IMG/VR virus record: IMGVR_UViG_3300015615_001189
Coordinates: 8,497 to 72,496 of that record
Length of the DNA stretch: 64,000 nt
Reading direction: 5' to 3' (one strand)
Source of the DNA: a virus
Shown here: piece by piece, positions 20,301 through 27,355 of the stretch
Layout of the letters: each line of letters starts with the position of its first letter
Position numbering within the stretch: position 1 is the stretch's first letter
Notes under the pieces: model-generated
Told to the model about the DNA's origin: nothing
The model's database searches: none
The model's input: only the letters and a program-made list of their open reading frames with translations
Translations under genes and position numbers: made by a program

Positions 20301-23300
20301 CTGCCCTGCCCGGGCATCTGCGAACGGTGGTGGAGGGCGTGATGGACGGCGACAGCTACACGGAGATTGGCGCGCGCATCGGCGAGGGGATGACGAAACA
20401 GGGCGTGCATAATCGCCTCAAGATCGCGAACACGCGGCTCCGGGCGGCGCTGTCGCAGCGTGGCGTGAAATCGCCGGACGATCTGATTCTGCGCACGCAA
20501 CCGCAGACGGATGAACAAGGGAACGTGGATCCCGTGGCGGAAACAATGCGACTGCTCGACCTCGATGCACTCGAAGGGTTGACTGCGCGTGCCGCCGCTG
20601 AGCCCGCGGGCAGCTTCAACGTGGGGCGTCCGGACCTCGCGCTTGGCGCCGAAGGACCGGGCATCCGTGCCTTGCACGCCTGGCACACGGCCACTTTGAC
20701 GAAGCAGACCTTCGAAGAGTGGGACACCGCTGCGGAAGAACTACTCGCCAATCCCGAGTCGGCCAAGGCGTTTGCGGATGACCTCACGCGGCGGTGGCTC
20801 AATGGGGATCGCCTACGGCCTTATGAGGTGCGGGCTGCGCAAAAGCTGCTCGTGGACTTGCAGCAGGCCAGCGGGACGGATTCCGCAGCGAAAGAGCGGT
20901 TCTACACGTTTGGCTACGCGTATGCGAAGATCGGCGCCGACACGGCCCGCGAGCTCGCCGCACGGCGCGATCCATTTAAGACCCCCGAGGAGCGCACCCA
21001 GCAGTATCTTGCCGAGGCAGTGACCGCCATCGACGCCGAGACGCAGGCGAAGATCGATGCACTGAAGCCCGAGGAGCGCGTGACCGCGCTGCAGGCGGCG
21101 TTGCGCGAGCGGAAGACCAAAGTGGATGCGGCGATCGAGTCGGTGATGGGCAAGGGCGTGACGATGGACGACATTCTCACCGGCCAGGTGGTGCTCCGTC
21201 TCAAAGGCGCGCCCATCGTGCAGAACATCATCGAAAGCTTCGACGAAAAGAAACAGCGGGCGTTCCGACTCTTGCAAGGTGGCTCGAAGACTTTCGAGGA
21301 CGTGGCGAAGGAAGTGAAACTCACGCCGAAGGAAGTCGAGGCGGTGCGCGATGAATTTGTGGCCGAGTTTCGCCGACGGCATTTCGAGAAGTTCAAACGC
21401 GGGCTGAAAGCCGATCAACTCGAAGTGCAGCCCGGCCTGCTGGCGCAGCCTCAGACGGCGGATGACGCGGCCAGCGCCGACGCCGAGGCGGAATTTCAGC
21501 GCGCGCTCAAGATGATGGGCATCGTGAGCAAAGCGGAGCAGGGCAAATACAAGGTGGTGAAACGCCGGCGCCGTCCGCGGCCTGCGGGCAGTTCGTCTGC
21601 GACCTACACGGGACCGGTGCCGTCGGATCGCCCGATTGGCCCGCCGGCTGACCGGCAGGGCGACTTGCTCAATCCCGAGCGGAACAAAGACCGCTCGCCC
21701 ACTGGTGCGCTCCCCGTGGGCGGCACGTCTGGAAGCCAAACCGAGGTGTTCGGCGAGGCAACCAGCGCCGATCGCGCACCGACCGGCATCGATCCCGTGG
21801 ACTTGACGGATGGGCGACAGGAGAGGCTCGATCTGCCGTTCGAGGAGTGGATTTATCGGCGGGAACTCGTGGAGCCGGCGCTGGCGGCGCGGGTAGTGCG
21901 CGCCATTCAGACCGTGAATGGTCCGGCGGATGCCATGCTCTACGAATACTGGATCAACGCGATCCTGAGCGGACCTCAAACGCATGTGGTGAACATCCTC
22001 GGCAACGCCGTCTCATCGGTCCTTGATTTCACCGTCCAGCGCGGAATGGAGGCGTTCATTAACCTATTCGCTCGCGATGCAAACAGCGCACACTTTGGAG
22101 AGTTCAATCCCATTTTGCGCGGCTTCGTCGCCGGCATCGCTCCGGCTTTCCGGCTCGCCGCACAGGCGTGGAGTGCCGAGACGGACTTGTTCCGATCCCA
22201 TGTGCTCGACCAGCAGATGGAGATGTTCGAAGAGTTTGAGAAGAGCGGCGGGATTCCCCCTGCGATCGGCGGGCGAACGGGGCGCGTTGTGCGAATGCCG
22301 GGCCGCGCCCTCCTCTTCTTCGATACGCTCTTCAAAATGATCATCGGGCGCATGGAGGCTGGCGCGCAGGCGTATCGCATCGCGAGGAACGAAGGCCTTC
22401 GCGACGATGCTCTGACTCGACGAATGAGTGTGCTCATCAACACGCCCGGCAGCGAGGCATGGCATCGCGCGGTGACAAAAGCTACGGAACTGACCTTCCA
22501 GGAGAAGAGTGCCGCTGGCAAAATGCTCGGCTTCGCGAAGTCGCTGCAACGCAGCGGTAAGTTGAACGAGCGACTCGCTGGATTTCTCGTCGGATTCGTG
22601 ATCCCATTCGTGAACGCGCCATGGAACATTGGCAGAATGGGCTTTCGTAAGACCCCGCTAGGGACGCTGAACATGCTCGTTCGCTACGGTCACGCCGGGC
22701 TGATGCGGATGCGCAACGGCAAGATGATCGGGCAGACATACGATCCGGCCCTGCAGATCAAACACCTCGCCGAGCAGGTTCTGGCATTTGCGGCCATAGC
22801 AGCGGTATGGGGTGCCGCGCAGGGCGACCCGGACGATGATGAGAAGAACTTTCTCATCACCGGTTCATTGCCATTCGGTGAAACGACGCCGGGTGAGAGG
22901 GATTTGCAGAACCGCGCCTTCGGCGGGGCGTATCAAATTCGCATCGGCGGCAGAAATGGCACCAGCTTCAACTACGGACGCTATGAGCCGATTGCGACCG
23001 TTCTCGGCACCGTGGTGGACGCCATCCGGGCGATCAAACGGCCGCAACCCGCGCCAGAGCGCATGGATGCCCTATGGGGCTATTTCATGTCACAGGTGGA
23101 GGGGAAGACCTTCCTGCAGGGGGTATCGAATTTCATGCGCGCATTCAGAGATCCCCAAGGTGCAATTTCGGAAATCCCGAAAGGCTGGGCGCAGGCGCTG
23201 GTGCCGAACATCATCCGCCAGCCGTTGCGCAATCTCGACGACTACGTGCGCGACACGAAAGGCGGCGGGCTGCCGTATGCGATGCTGCCCTCCGGCGCCA

Positions 23301-23731
23301 ACGCGCCGGAGAAACTCGACGTGTACGGCAAGCCGATCGAGAAGGGCGGGAATGCTCTGGCGCGTCTGCTCTTCCCCGTGGGCACCAAACCCTCCGCAAG
23401 CCTGAGCGCGGCGGATCAACTGTTGCTGCGCTGGAACACCGAGCACCCAAGCGAGAAGTGGGCGCCGCAGGCTCCGCCGCGCACGTATCGCAAGGCCGGC
23501 AAGGACGTGGAGATGACCGCCGACGAATATCGGGAGTTCACAGAAAAGGTGGGGCGCAACGTCTCGATGAAGCTCGCGGGACGCATCACGCCCGCCATGG
23601 TGAGGGCGCCGAAAGAGGCAGATGTGAAGTTCATCCGCGAGGCCTTCGAGAAGGCGCGTAGCGAAGAGCGGGAGAGGATGTTTCCGCAAATCTCTGCTGG
23701 CACCAAACTCCGAAATGTGATGTGGAACTAA
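11348..23731 (+). CDS. 4127-aa polyvalent (probably virion-delivered) protein: zincin-like, ddrB-like ParB, LPD3-like, GNAT-like, inorganic pyrophosphatase-like, sigma-factor and HTH modules
   Basis: VLEEAVHAL; GAPVMETNGRVLSGNNRT; ITNRDDG...HRYYAP...KLTVKEF...IYSVE; MYQRAY...ASGQDG...YGEFSG; EAGNYRKGH...HYGYIRRTEGKDGDHVDV...FDEHKV; DDVRQVARTALFRAARTY...SYTEIGARIG...GVHNRL; C-terminal INAILSGPQTHVVN. Confidence 0.85.
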   Translation: MAIRTFEDDEDETLTGTAPKPLAETIEPPTVTRARAALNPSIDTSRGDATQFRGDVANWFAPEVKAATRAKERAADAQDVLDRFTTTQAAKAQAAKVKEQAAANKQAKKDDKARVEADFRQRGVQFFTDANGDIQPDKDEAGNIRFHRKQGDIQYDEKTGAAFRENRTEKGTKEREDLDANAPIAPHAKQPGRLFKQNKKTPWTDLGTIEDGLQSDDPAIRAAAEAARPGLQEHLTKAARAGFVRRRQEIGAEELEAAKAFGAAKTRSEAIATRIAELEPIAKQQEGWIGFQKPTAAANAAKTEMDALLAEQGNLPIADRSAEFKERRERITLETEAFNASVAKLGSVEAAAEERREEIAAEGGDPDTDPVLLALDEAREKAGLPKRADSEKLKQQRGEAALRERPEFDALLNERDALNAEASRRNDGLSARAAEMEAGLAPLRAQLDEGEAQFNEHSTQAEGARAELEKLLPGEGDLGARLGAMKPAEFLRVQPILSRLNASEEAMRRIQGTLSPMRDQFNAQVQEGNAALSKEQESARTAMQERYDALNGKLDAANTNLAQEALRANLPTLGKQALEADATLEKQMRDRLASDPAYRERLQGMTHGTGRRLDLIELAAVDAKHPEMLDDFARAKRSTAMRARVDEDFGREQLLNKIEQPLWRDISHGLIRGTAKFSLPGMALYGIELVEGLMAPMSDAMTGQKSTGTAASLNARMEEGLELLFPRSTDAPELMSTDAEGKLAVDWSALKKAGWWANNLPENVPQFVSTMGVLGLAEKFALGGKSVNTARATLRAAQTGERIAPEALKAAEKTLRSFQRRLAVGTGMLMESQAQIEDAREHRGGRLTTSDYALATATGLLAGSLEGVNEAAMFNQLRKLFGGAAKPAQEAAKQEISRSLTEFAKRLAKGAAPQMGVEAVTEVLQTGIENAAAKLGWDPERDVRMGMLEAAIIGAVLPAAAYTAGQAVDVQRGKRGLDAQQAAQRSTIDELATMHGMFSPDVVQQSVAMVPTDSARALGAQDTSDLHLRVAEIDAEIQAKQDQLAAPAKAGLVDRALGADREARNATSQSIIELYEQRRQLIDAGFASRELADAAEQIDSLPGSEKFAGQDPSAVAATQNVARGLVKLASGQPMEALTAAERAAVEAPAPDGLPRVEEVAGQIVITQGAIDRLRDVAPAAATLIRSSEAERRAAILQPPAEETAEPATSGKVGTTQQPQGTGTGESASSSGQDGAGVSASTGISPARELSDPETRRARVLAKALTGKGVDAAEAEAFAKQYVIEHGQAEDIGVQRPKFEQAFAERGLPSFEVEVEGEASPRVVRAATEDTARELVAGDPKTKGMVRGVVKVAEAPQKAKQPKAKPTTAAKPTAPPAKKKPSEEDDFFDQSRQVLERQRGTALDKQTTDQLREAVRQIFPALKRWRGAFSGLGWRADSVQSGGLFLTPDGTLGLSLEDILRERRIYEEGGGAELAVLEEAVHALSEDLHRRKVIDLDAIWNECPEAIKAAVRAAYKADNDYQHSREFWRMLIQGRLNLGPGGWSIDGKPIVTEQINPGFLATIRKALAELFKVFSDLRRSLTDAGASQDYITEVERARDLTLERIKEIDAYGKISPDAGPAAPSLKGDESAQANASIPNQPAAVPETAPGSEGGPGTDATVEGGPVRSMLPDDGRGGADSQREAGGRGPEDPGAGAVGDPLGESITLGGEVIPLGAAWEAADQSGTDVYRGKWALVPLDRVDVQRQLGEGQNRIDRVETGRAARVEMKRNLHAGNVRLKWSDSPGIDTGAPVMETNGRVLSGNNRTLALLEMQEEQGGKAAIYDQAARAEAAKLGLDTNAFPGRAVGLIRVVEPGLSGRSTEEFVEQTNTAAVEQLSEADKAAQDRALLGEPGLLESLNPLEDGRFNTDFLNAFDRALGSPKELRKPDGALDLAKVERRAQAALLSHLLGTGQGADAVLVSLLSNLTTPGVKQVVAGLAKAGPALLHAAALNPDVAGRVIATTGRALTMLLDYRRARDAGEVQSVRDWLAQGNLFESAPDTLFEKVLERLSTARSANAVSESFLRFAKAIEDYGDPGQERLFGPEPAPDPLAFLGTQPQTSTVAERLWDIAQAEPMENRALTAEEVARWSRVYRTLHEQERAGTPLNGGQRAMFERAERMLGQRLMFGDETKAARPMEEFRLEQETVRVAEPRAEQGMLFTQPQEDAQTVADATPTRPAGTMAEAGAAVSALIGEPITNRDDGMVATISGNTASKMLSGSALKKSVSPQAHFAAVAHVDQLFAGGVRGASGPDIDGDPNIRAMHRYYAPLRFGGETLLAKLTVKEFARASEGNRIYSVEALEIVKPARNWVASISAQERRNYTPQAGFEEKILAKIDAVNRAADDTLRSQPQQAASPETAQQLTDDERMAREGGKRIFDLGDGLQVTRAGGETRRELLDEIWPMYQRAYGAIGAQYSSPEALLSEPTLFDVVRTADGRALAFNVNKITDWGYKSVASGQDGTEEGKRAWRTNHRRLKNEGYYGEFSGAPRHIAEKENLPTVPAAEAARILGKTVAALPDGEAYTREITIKGLTEPHEKRMFGLPVLWKSRITPSESSMSSSEQSTTPAPPMNSGPSTETNSPPSPTDSPTKTSSPTTSEPNTPQIGSSEADTLRSQPQTFDLGTRGLELFDRLTPQQQAVAIDLARRLSEASAADKAATAANPSPTEPQKEAGNYRKGHTRIAGLDISIENAAGSERSGTDGDGKGWSVTMGTHYGYIRRTEGKDGDHVDVLIKPGTPDDWTGTVYVVNQPKRDGGFDEHKVVLGAATEEEARALYLSNYSPGWKVGTIAPMAMDTFKTWLAKGDLTKPARVPRAAYGWVSTGTPAELVRSNLARADAIAATFDNIPGVEPDDVRQVARTALFRAARTYGENPRSDEFGGLAATAIKNALRSFYQQRTRDRNVPTLDVQQDEDAAPGSALVAEQSADVVRNATRDEGFGVLRELVAALPGHLRTVVEGVMDGDSYTEIGARIGEGMTKQGVHNRLKIANTRLRAALSQRGVKSPDDLILRTQPQTDEQGNVDPVAETMRLLDLDALEGLTARAAAEPAGSFNVGRPDLALGAEGPGIRALHAWHTATLTKQTFEEWDTAAEELLANPESAKAFADDLTRRWLNGDRLRPYEVRAAQKLLVDLQQASGTDSAAKERFYTFGYAYAKIGADTARELAARRDPFKTPEERTQQYLAEAVTAIDAETQAKIDALKPEERVTALQAALRERKTKVDAAIESVMGKGVTMDDILTGQVVLRLKGAPIVQNIIESFDEKKQRAFRLLQGGSKTFEDVAKEVKLTPKEVEAVRDEFVAEFRRRHFEKFKRGLKADQLEVQPGLLAQPQTADDAASADAEAEFQRALKMMGIVSKAEQGKYKVVKRRRRPRPAGSSSATYTGPVPSDRPIGPPADRQGDLLNPERNKDRSPTGALPVGGTSGSQTEVFGEATSADRAPTGIDPVDLTDGRQERLDLPFEEWIYRRELVEPALAARVVRAIQTVNGPADAMLYEYWINAILSGPQTHVVNILGNAVSSVLDFTVQRGMEAFINLFARDANSAHFGEFNPILRGFVAGIAPAFRLAAQAWSAETDLFRSHVLDQQMEMFEEFEKSGGIPPAIGGRTGRVVRMPGRALLFFDTLFKMIIGRMEAGAQAYRIARNEGLRDDALTRRMSVLINTPGSEAWHRAVTKATELTFQEKSAAGKMLGFAKSLQRSGKLNERLAGFLVGFVIPFVNAPWNIGRMGFRKTPLGTLNMLVRYGHAGLMRMRNGKMIGQTYDPALQIKHLAEQVLAFAAIAAVWGAAQGDPDDDEKNFLITGSLPFGETTPGERDLQNRAFGGAYQIRIGGRNGTSFNYGRYEPIATVLGTVVDAIRAIKRPQPAPERMDALWGYFMSQVEGKTFLQGVSNFMRAFRDPQGAISEIPKGWAQALVPNIIRQPLRNLDDYVRDTKGGGLPYAMLPSGANAPEKLDVYGKPIEKGGNALARLLFPVGTKPSASLSAADQLLLRWNTEHPSEKWAPQAPPRTYRKAGKDVEMTADEYREFTEKVGRNVSMKLAGRITPAMVRAPKEADVKFIREAFEKARSEERERMFPQISAGTKLRNVMWN
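14841..15032 (-). CDS. Antisense nested small membrane protein
   Basis: MKPILLSLCLVAAAWCLLYRSSLALLFLLLAVAVWRLG; host frame shows atypical A-ending codons here; promoter TGGACG-N15-CGTCT at 15068..15043. Confidence 0.55.
   Translation of the reverse strand: MKPILLSLCLVAAAWCLLYRSSLALLFLLLAVAVWRLGAPPRSSGSASPRRGPRRGDDRSRPA
16227..16436 (+). CDS. Nested overprinted small protein (+1 frame within giant gene)
   Basis: G/C-ending codons in this frame while host frame is a low-complexity linker; promoter CTGACG-N15-CGTCT at 16191-16216. Confidence 0.6.
   Translation: MNPLKPTPRFQINPLLCPKPPPEVKADPVQMQQWRADLFEACCLMTDVEALIRSVKPGDADRKIPAQVR
18376..18448 (-). ncRNA. Putative antisense structured RNA inside giant gene
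   Basis: Nested stems GAAGCCCGC/GCGGGCTTC, GGGTG/CACCC, TCC/GGA, CCGCT/AGCGG; minus-strand TTGACC-N17-TATCTT at 18483..18455 places the start near 18448. Confidence 0.55.
19102..19296 (+). CDS. Nested overprinted acidic helical protein (-1 frame within giant gene)
   Basis: MEISDHTKRIIDELKRAIDDPSTPDEQRAEYRDELAAI...; C-ending codons; host frame S/T/P-rich; promoter CTGACG-N15-CGTAT at 19058-19083. Confidence 0.65.
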   Translation: MEISDHTKRIIDELKRAIDDPSTPDEQRAEYRDELAAIADGFAHEDVLSDDERAEYSADRQQRG

Positions 23732-23733
23732 CC

Positions 23734-24210
23734 ATGCCCTCGGATTTCACCCGCCAACTTCTCGAATCGCGGGGCTTCGCGATGCAGCCGGACGGCAGCT
23801 TCTCCAAGCCGGGCTCGCACGCTGTGGAAAAATCGCGGGCGGTTTCCGATTCCGTTGAAACGACCAAGCGAGTTGATCCGCCCGCCAAACGTGAGCCGTC
23901 GGCAGGCGAAGCGAAGTTTCTCGCACTGTGGACGGAACTCAAGGGGCCGGTGATCGAGGCGGAACATCGTTTCGCCAAACCTCGGCGCTGGCGCTTCGAC
24001 TTCGCGTGCGTGCTCGCGCGGGTGGCGATCGAGGTTGAAGGACTCACGCACCAGGGCGGGCGGCACCAGCGCATTGGCGGCTACAAGAACGACTGCGAAA
24101 AGTATTTCGAGGCGACCGCCCTTGGCTGGACGGTGTTTCGCCTCACCTCGAATCTTATCACCGCCGAGCGCGTCGGGCGGATCATTGAACACTGCTGCAA
24201 AAATGTCTGA
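23734..24210 (+). CDS. PD-(D/E)XK endonuclease (DUF559/Vsr-like)
   Basis: EHRF...RWRFDFA...VAIEVEG...GRH...DCEKY...GWTVFR. Confidence 0.8.
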   Translation: MPSDFTRQLLESRGFAMQPDGSFSKPGSHAVEKSRAVSDSVETTKRVDPPAKREPSAGEAKFLALWTELKGPVIEAEHRFAKPRRWRFDFACVLARVAIEVEGLTHQGGRHQRIGGYKNDCEKYFEATALGWTVFRLTSNLITAERVGRIIEHCCKNV

Positions 24211-24772
24211 ACCGAAACATGCGCCGAAAACTACTGTAACCCTGGACGGATTGGTCGATCGCACCCAAGTGGCGGCCGATGCGGCGAGTGTGGCGCGAGC
24301 GGCAGGCGCGCGGCTGGCCGCACAGGTACCCTCCGGAGTAACCGGTATCAATGCCGTGGCTCGCTCTTCGCCCGTCGCCGCGACAGCGGCGCTAGGAAAG
24401 GCGGCTCCGGTCATCGGAGCGGCGGGCATGGGCCTCGAAGCGATCCAAAATACACGCACGGGCTGGGGGGAGGCGATCGAAAAACAGGATCAGCGCGCAG
24501 GGAACCGCCTGCGCAGCCTGATGTGGGAGGGCCTAGCGAATCCGCTCACCTCGATCGCCAATTCATGGATGAAACATGCCGAGATATACGATGCCTGGGG
24601 CAAGGCGTTGGCGTCCAACCGGGAGGCTGACCGCCTTGCAGTCCAATTGGAGGCAGCGCGCCGCCGGCGCTTTCGGCAACTTCATCCAGCCAGCGTCCCG
24701 TCCGCCCCTACGAAGACCCCGGCTCCGACTCCAATTCAATCGATCCGGCCATGGGTCGCACAAAGCAAATGA
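24203..24772 (+). CDS. Hypothetical Ala-rich (possible internal virion) protein
   Basis: ATG 24203; ATGA-coupled to portal. Confidence 0.6.
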   Translation: MSEPKHAPKTTVTLDGLVDRTQVAADAASVARAAGARLAAQVPSGVTGINAVARSSPVAATAALGKAAPVIGAAGMGLEAIQNTRTGWGEAIEKQDQRAGNRLRSLMWEGLANPLTSIANSWMKHAEIYDAWGKALASNREADRLAVQLEAARRRRFRQLHPASVPSAPTKTPAPTPIQSIRPWVAQSK

Positions 24773-27063
24773 ACGCCGACTCGCAAACCGATCGCGCCAC
24801 CGACTTGCTCGACGCGCAGGTGCAATCCGCCGAAGCCGAGGGGCTCGCGGTGGACACCTCCGCCGACCCGCATCAGCCACAGACACCGTTCCCCACCTCG
24901 CTTGAACTGACGCGCGAGCAAGAGGATGCCATGGTGCAATACGCGCTCGAATACGTGGATCGGCTGGAGGGGGAGATGGGCCGGGAGATCGTGCCGCTCG
25001 CCACGAATGCCGTGCCGACCCCCGACCGGAACACGTTCCTTGGCCGGCGCGAGAAGTGGACAATGCGCTATTACAACCACGTGGAAGACCGCGCCCTCGT
25101 GGACGGCGGGTTGTACAGCGTGTCGAATATCACGGCCACGCTCTCGCAGCGCATCACCATGCAGATGGTGGCGCGGGCGAATAACTTTTTCTTCGGCACC
25201 GCCCCGTGGTTTGCGTGTAACTTCGTGGGAGTGGAAGACCGGGCGCTGGCCGAGCGCATCGACCGGCACAGCAAATGGAAGTTCGATCAAATCGGGCTGC
25301 AACACGTGATGGAGCAGGCGAACGAATTTGCGTTCGTCCGCGGTGAATCGGTGGTGAAAACCACGTGGCTAACCAAGGATCGCATCTACAAAAAGCGCGG
25401 GCAGGTGCTCCACACGAAGGACGAGGCGGGGAAGGATGTGCCGGTGCTCGATGCGTTCGGGAACTTCATCTTCGCGCCGATCGCAGGACGCACGCTCTGG
25501 ACCCCGCAGTATGAGCCGGCGCCAGTGAGCCCCGAGCAAGTGGCGAGCGGGCAGCCGATCGAGCCGGTGATGATGCCGACGGGCAAGGAAGTGCTTCGCC
25601 GCGATGGCGTGACGCTGAAGCCGCAGGTGGAGGTATGGGTGGACGGCAACTGGCCGATGCGCAACCGCGTCTCCGAAGGGCCGGATGCGAAGCTCGTCTA
25701 TTTCAAGGATTTCCTCTGCCCGCTGTCCGCCGCAGACATTCACGACGCTGAGCTGATCGCGCATCTCTACGATTTGCCGGTGATGACGCTGATCCAGATG
25801 TTTCAGCGCGACGACCTCGCGCAGATGGGGGCGGGCAAGAGTTTCGCCGAACTCAAAAAAGCGGTGGAGGCGATTCGCAACCTGACCGGGCAGGGTTCCG
25901 ACTTCAAAGCCGGGGCCGGCCAGCCGCGCACGGACCATGGCGAGCAGGATAACAGCGGCAGCCCGGAAAACCCGCTGTGCGAGACGGCGGAGGTGTACAT
26001 GACCTACGACGCCGACGGGGACGGCATCGCCGAGGAGATCATGCTCGTGCTCGATCGCAAGAACCGCTTCCCGCTCTTCTACGACTACACCGATAACGTG
26101 TGCGTGAAGGGACGTCGCCCGTTCGAGGTGATCCGCGCGAAAGCCGTCGATGGCCGCTGGTACGGGATGGGAGCGATGGAGTATTTCGAGCCGGAACAGG
26201 AGTTCATCGACCTCTGCGTGAACCGCCGGAACTTCCGCATGAGCCAGGCCGGCCGCGTGACGTTCTGGAACCCCGCGGTGACGATGGAAGGGCAGGCGAA
26301 CCCGAACCTGAAGCTCAACAACGGCAAGACGTATCGGCTGCGCGAGGGCTACAAGGCCGAGGACGCATTGAGCTACGTTGTCTTGCCCGAGGAAGGCGCG
26401 GACCTGATGGAGTTGCTCAACTTCTTCATGCAAATGATGCAGTTGAAGAGCGGCGTGGTGAACGGCGGCGACCAGGAACAGAGCGGCTTGCCCACGAGCG
26501 ACACCGCCACCGGGATCCGCAACGTGGAAAAGAGTGGGCAGGAACTTTTCGCGCAGTTCCTCTCATGCCTCAGCCCGGGACAGCGCGCGGTGTTACTCGC
26601 CAACATCCGCGTGCTTTACGCGCACTTGAGCCAGCGCGAGGTGTATCGGTTCTTTGGCCCGGACGGAAAGCAGGTGAGCGACACGCTCGACCCGAACGAA
26701 GTCGCCGACATGGATTTCGATGTGACGATCCTCCTCACGCGCGTGCGCACCGAGCAAGTGCTCGAGATGAGCGCGGAGGCACGGGCGCTGGTGATCGAGT
26801 TTTACACCGCGGTGCCGGACATGGTGAAACCCGTGGTGGCGACGTTCTACCGGGATAGCCTGAAGGCACTCGGCTACAGCAACGCGGACGAGATCATTCA
26901 ACCGATTCCGACGATGGCCGTAGCTTCATTGCCCGGCGCCCCCGGTGCCCCCATGGCCTTGCCGGGTCCGGGGCAGTCCAGCGCGAGCACGGAAGCGAGC
27001 AAACAACTCAGCGTTCCGCCGTCGCCTACCGACGGGCCCGCGCAACCCGCACCGCTCATTTGA
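24769..27063 (+). CDS. Portal protein (podovirus-type)
   Basis: Size and position; motifs GESVVKT, DADGDGIAE, RPF...WYGMG, TATGI. Confidence 0.85.
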   Translation: MNADSQTDRATDLLDAQVQSAEAEGLAVDTSADPHQPQTPFPTSLELTREQEDAMVQYALEYVDRLEGEMGREIVPLATNAVPTPDRNTFLGRREKWTMRYYNHVEDRALVDGGLYSVSNITATLSQRITMQMVARANNFFFGTAPWFACNFVGVEDRALAERIDRHSKWKFDQIGLQHVMEQANEFAFVRGESVVKTTWLTKDRIYKKRGQVLHTKDEAGKDVPVLDAFGNFIFAPIAGRTLWTPQYEPAPVSPEQVASGQPIEPVMMPTGKEVLRRDGVTLKPQVEVWVDGNWPMRNRVSEGPDAKLVYFKDFLCPLSAADIHDAELIAHLYDLPVMTLIQMFQRDDLAQMGAGKSFAELKKAVEAIRNLTGQGSDFKAGAGQPRTDHGEQDNSGSPENPLCETAEVYMTYDADGDGIAEEIMLVLDRKNRFPLFYDYTDNVCVKGRRPFEVIRAKAVDGRWYGMGAMEYFEPEQEFIDLCVNRRNFRMSQAGRVTFWNPAVTMEGQANPNLKLNNGKTYRLREGYKAEDALSYVVLPEEGADLMELLNFFMQMMQLKSGVVNGGDQEQSGLPTSDTATGIRNVEKSGQELFAQFLSCLSPGQRAVLLANIRVLYAHLSQREVYRFFGPDGKQVSDTLDPNEVADMDFDVTILLTRVRTEQVLEMSAEARALVIEFYTAVPDMVKPVVATFYRDSLKALGYSNADEIIQPIPTMAVASLPGAPGAPMALPGPGQSSASTEASKQLSVPPSPTDGPAQPAPLI

Positions 27064-27066
27064 TCT

Positions 27067-27354
27067 ATGGCCGAAGAAAATAAGACCCCTGTCGATGCGG
27101 ATGTGCAACTGGCGCTCGAGGAACTCGCCCACATTCACACCCTGAAACAGTCGCCCGCCTTCCAGCGGTATTTCCTGAAAGAGCCGCTGCGGAAAATCGC
27201 AGAGCTCGAAAAGCGATTGCTTGGTGACGAGGAACTCGACGAGAAAGCGATGCTCAAACTCAAGGTGGAACTCAAGGTGTGGAAGCGGGTGCGCGATAAA
27301 CTCGCGGACGACGAGATCGGCAACCGCTCCATCGCCGGGCTAGGCGAGAGTTAA
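27067..27354 (+). CDS. Small helical head-assembly-like protein downstream of portal
   Basis: Conserved position; LKQSPAFQRYF helix pattern. Confidence 0.6.
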   Translation: MAEENKTPVDADVQLALEELAHIHTLKQSPAFQRYFLKEPLRKIAELEKRLLGDEELDEKAMLKLKVELKVWKRVRDKLADDEIGNRSIAGLGES

Positions 27355-27355
27355 G

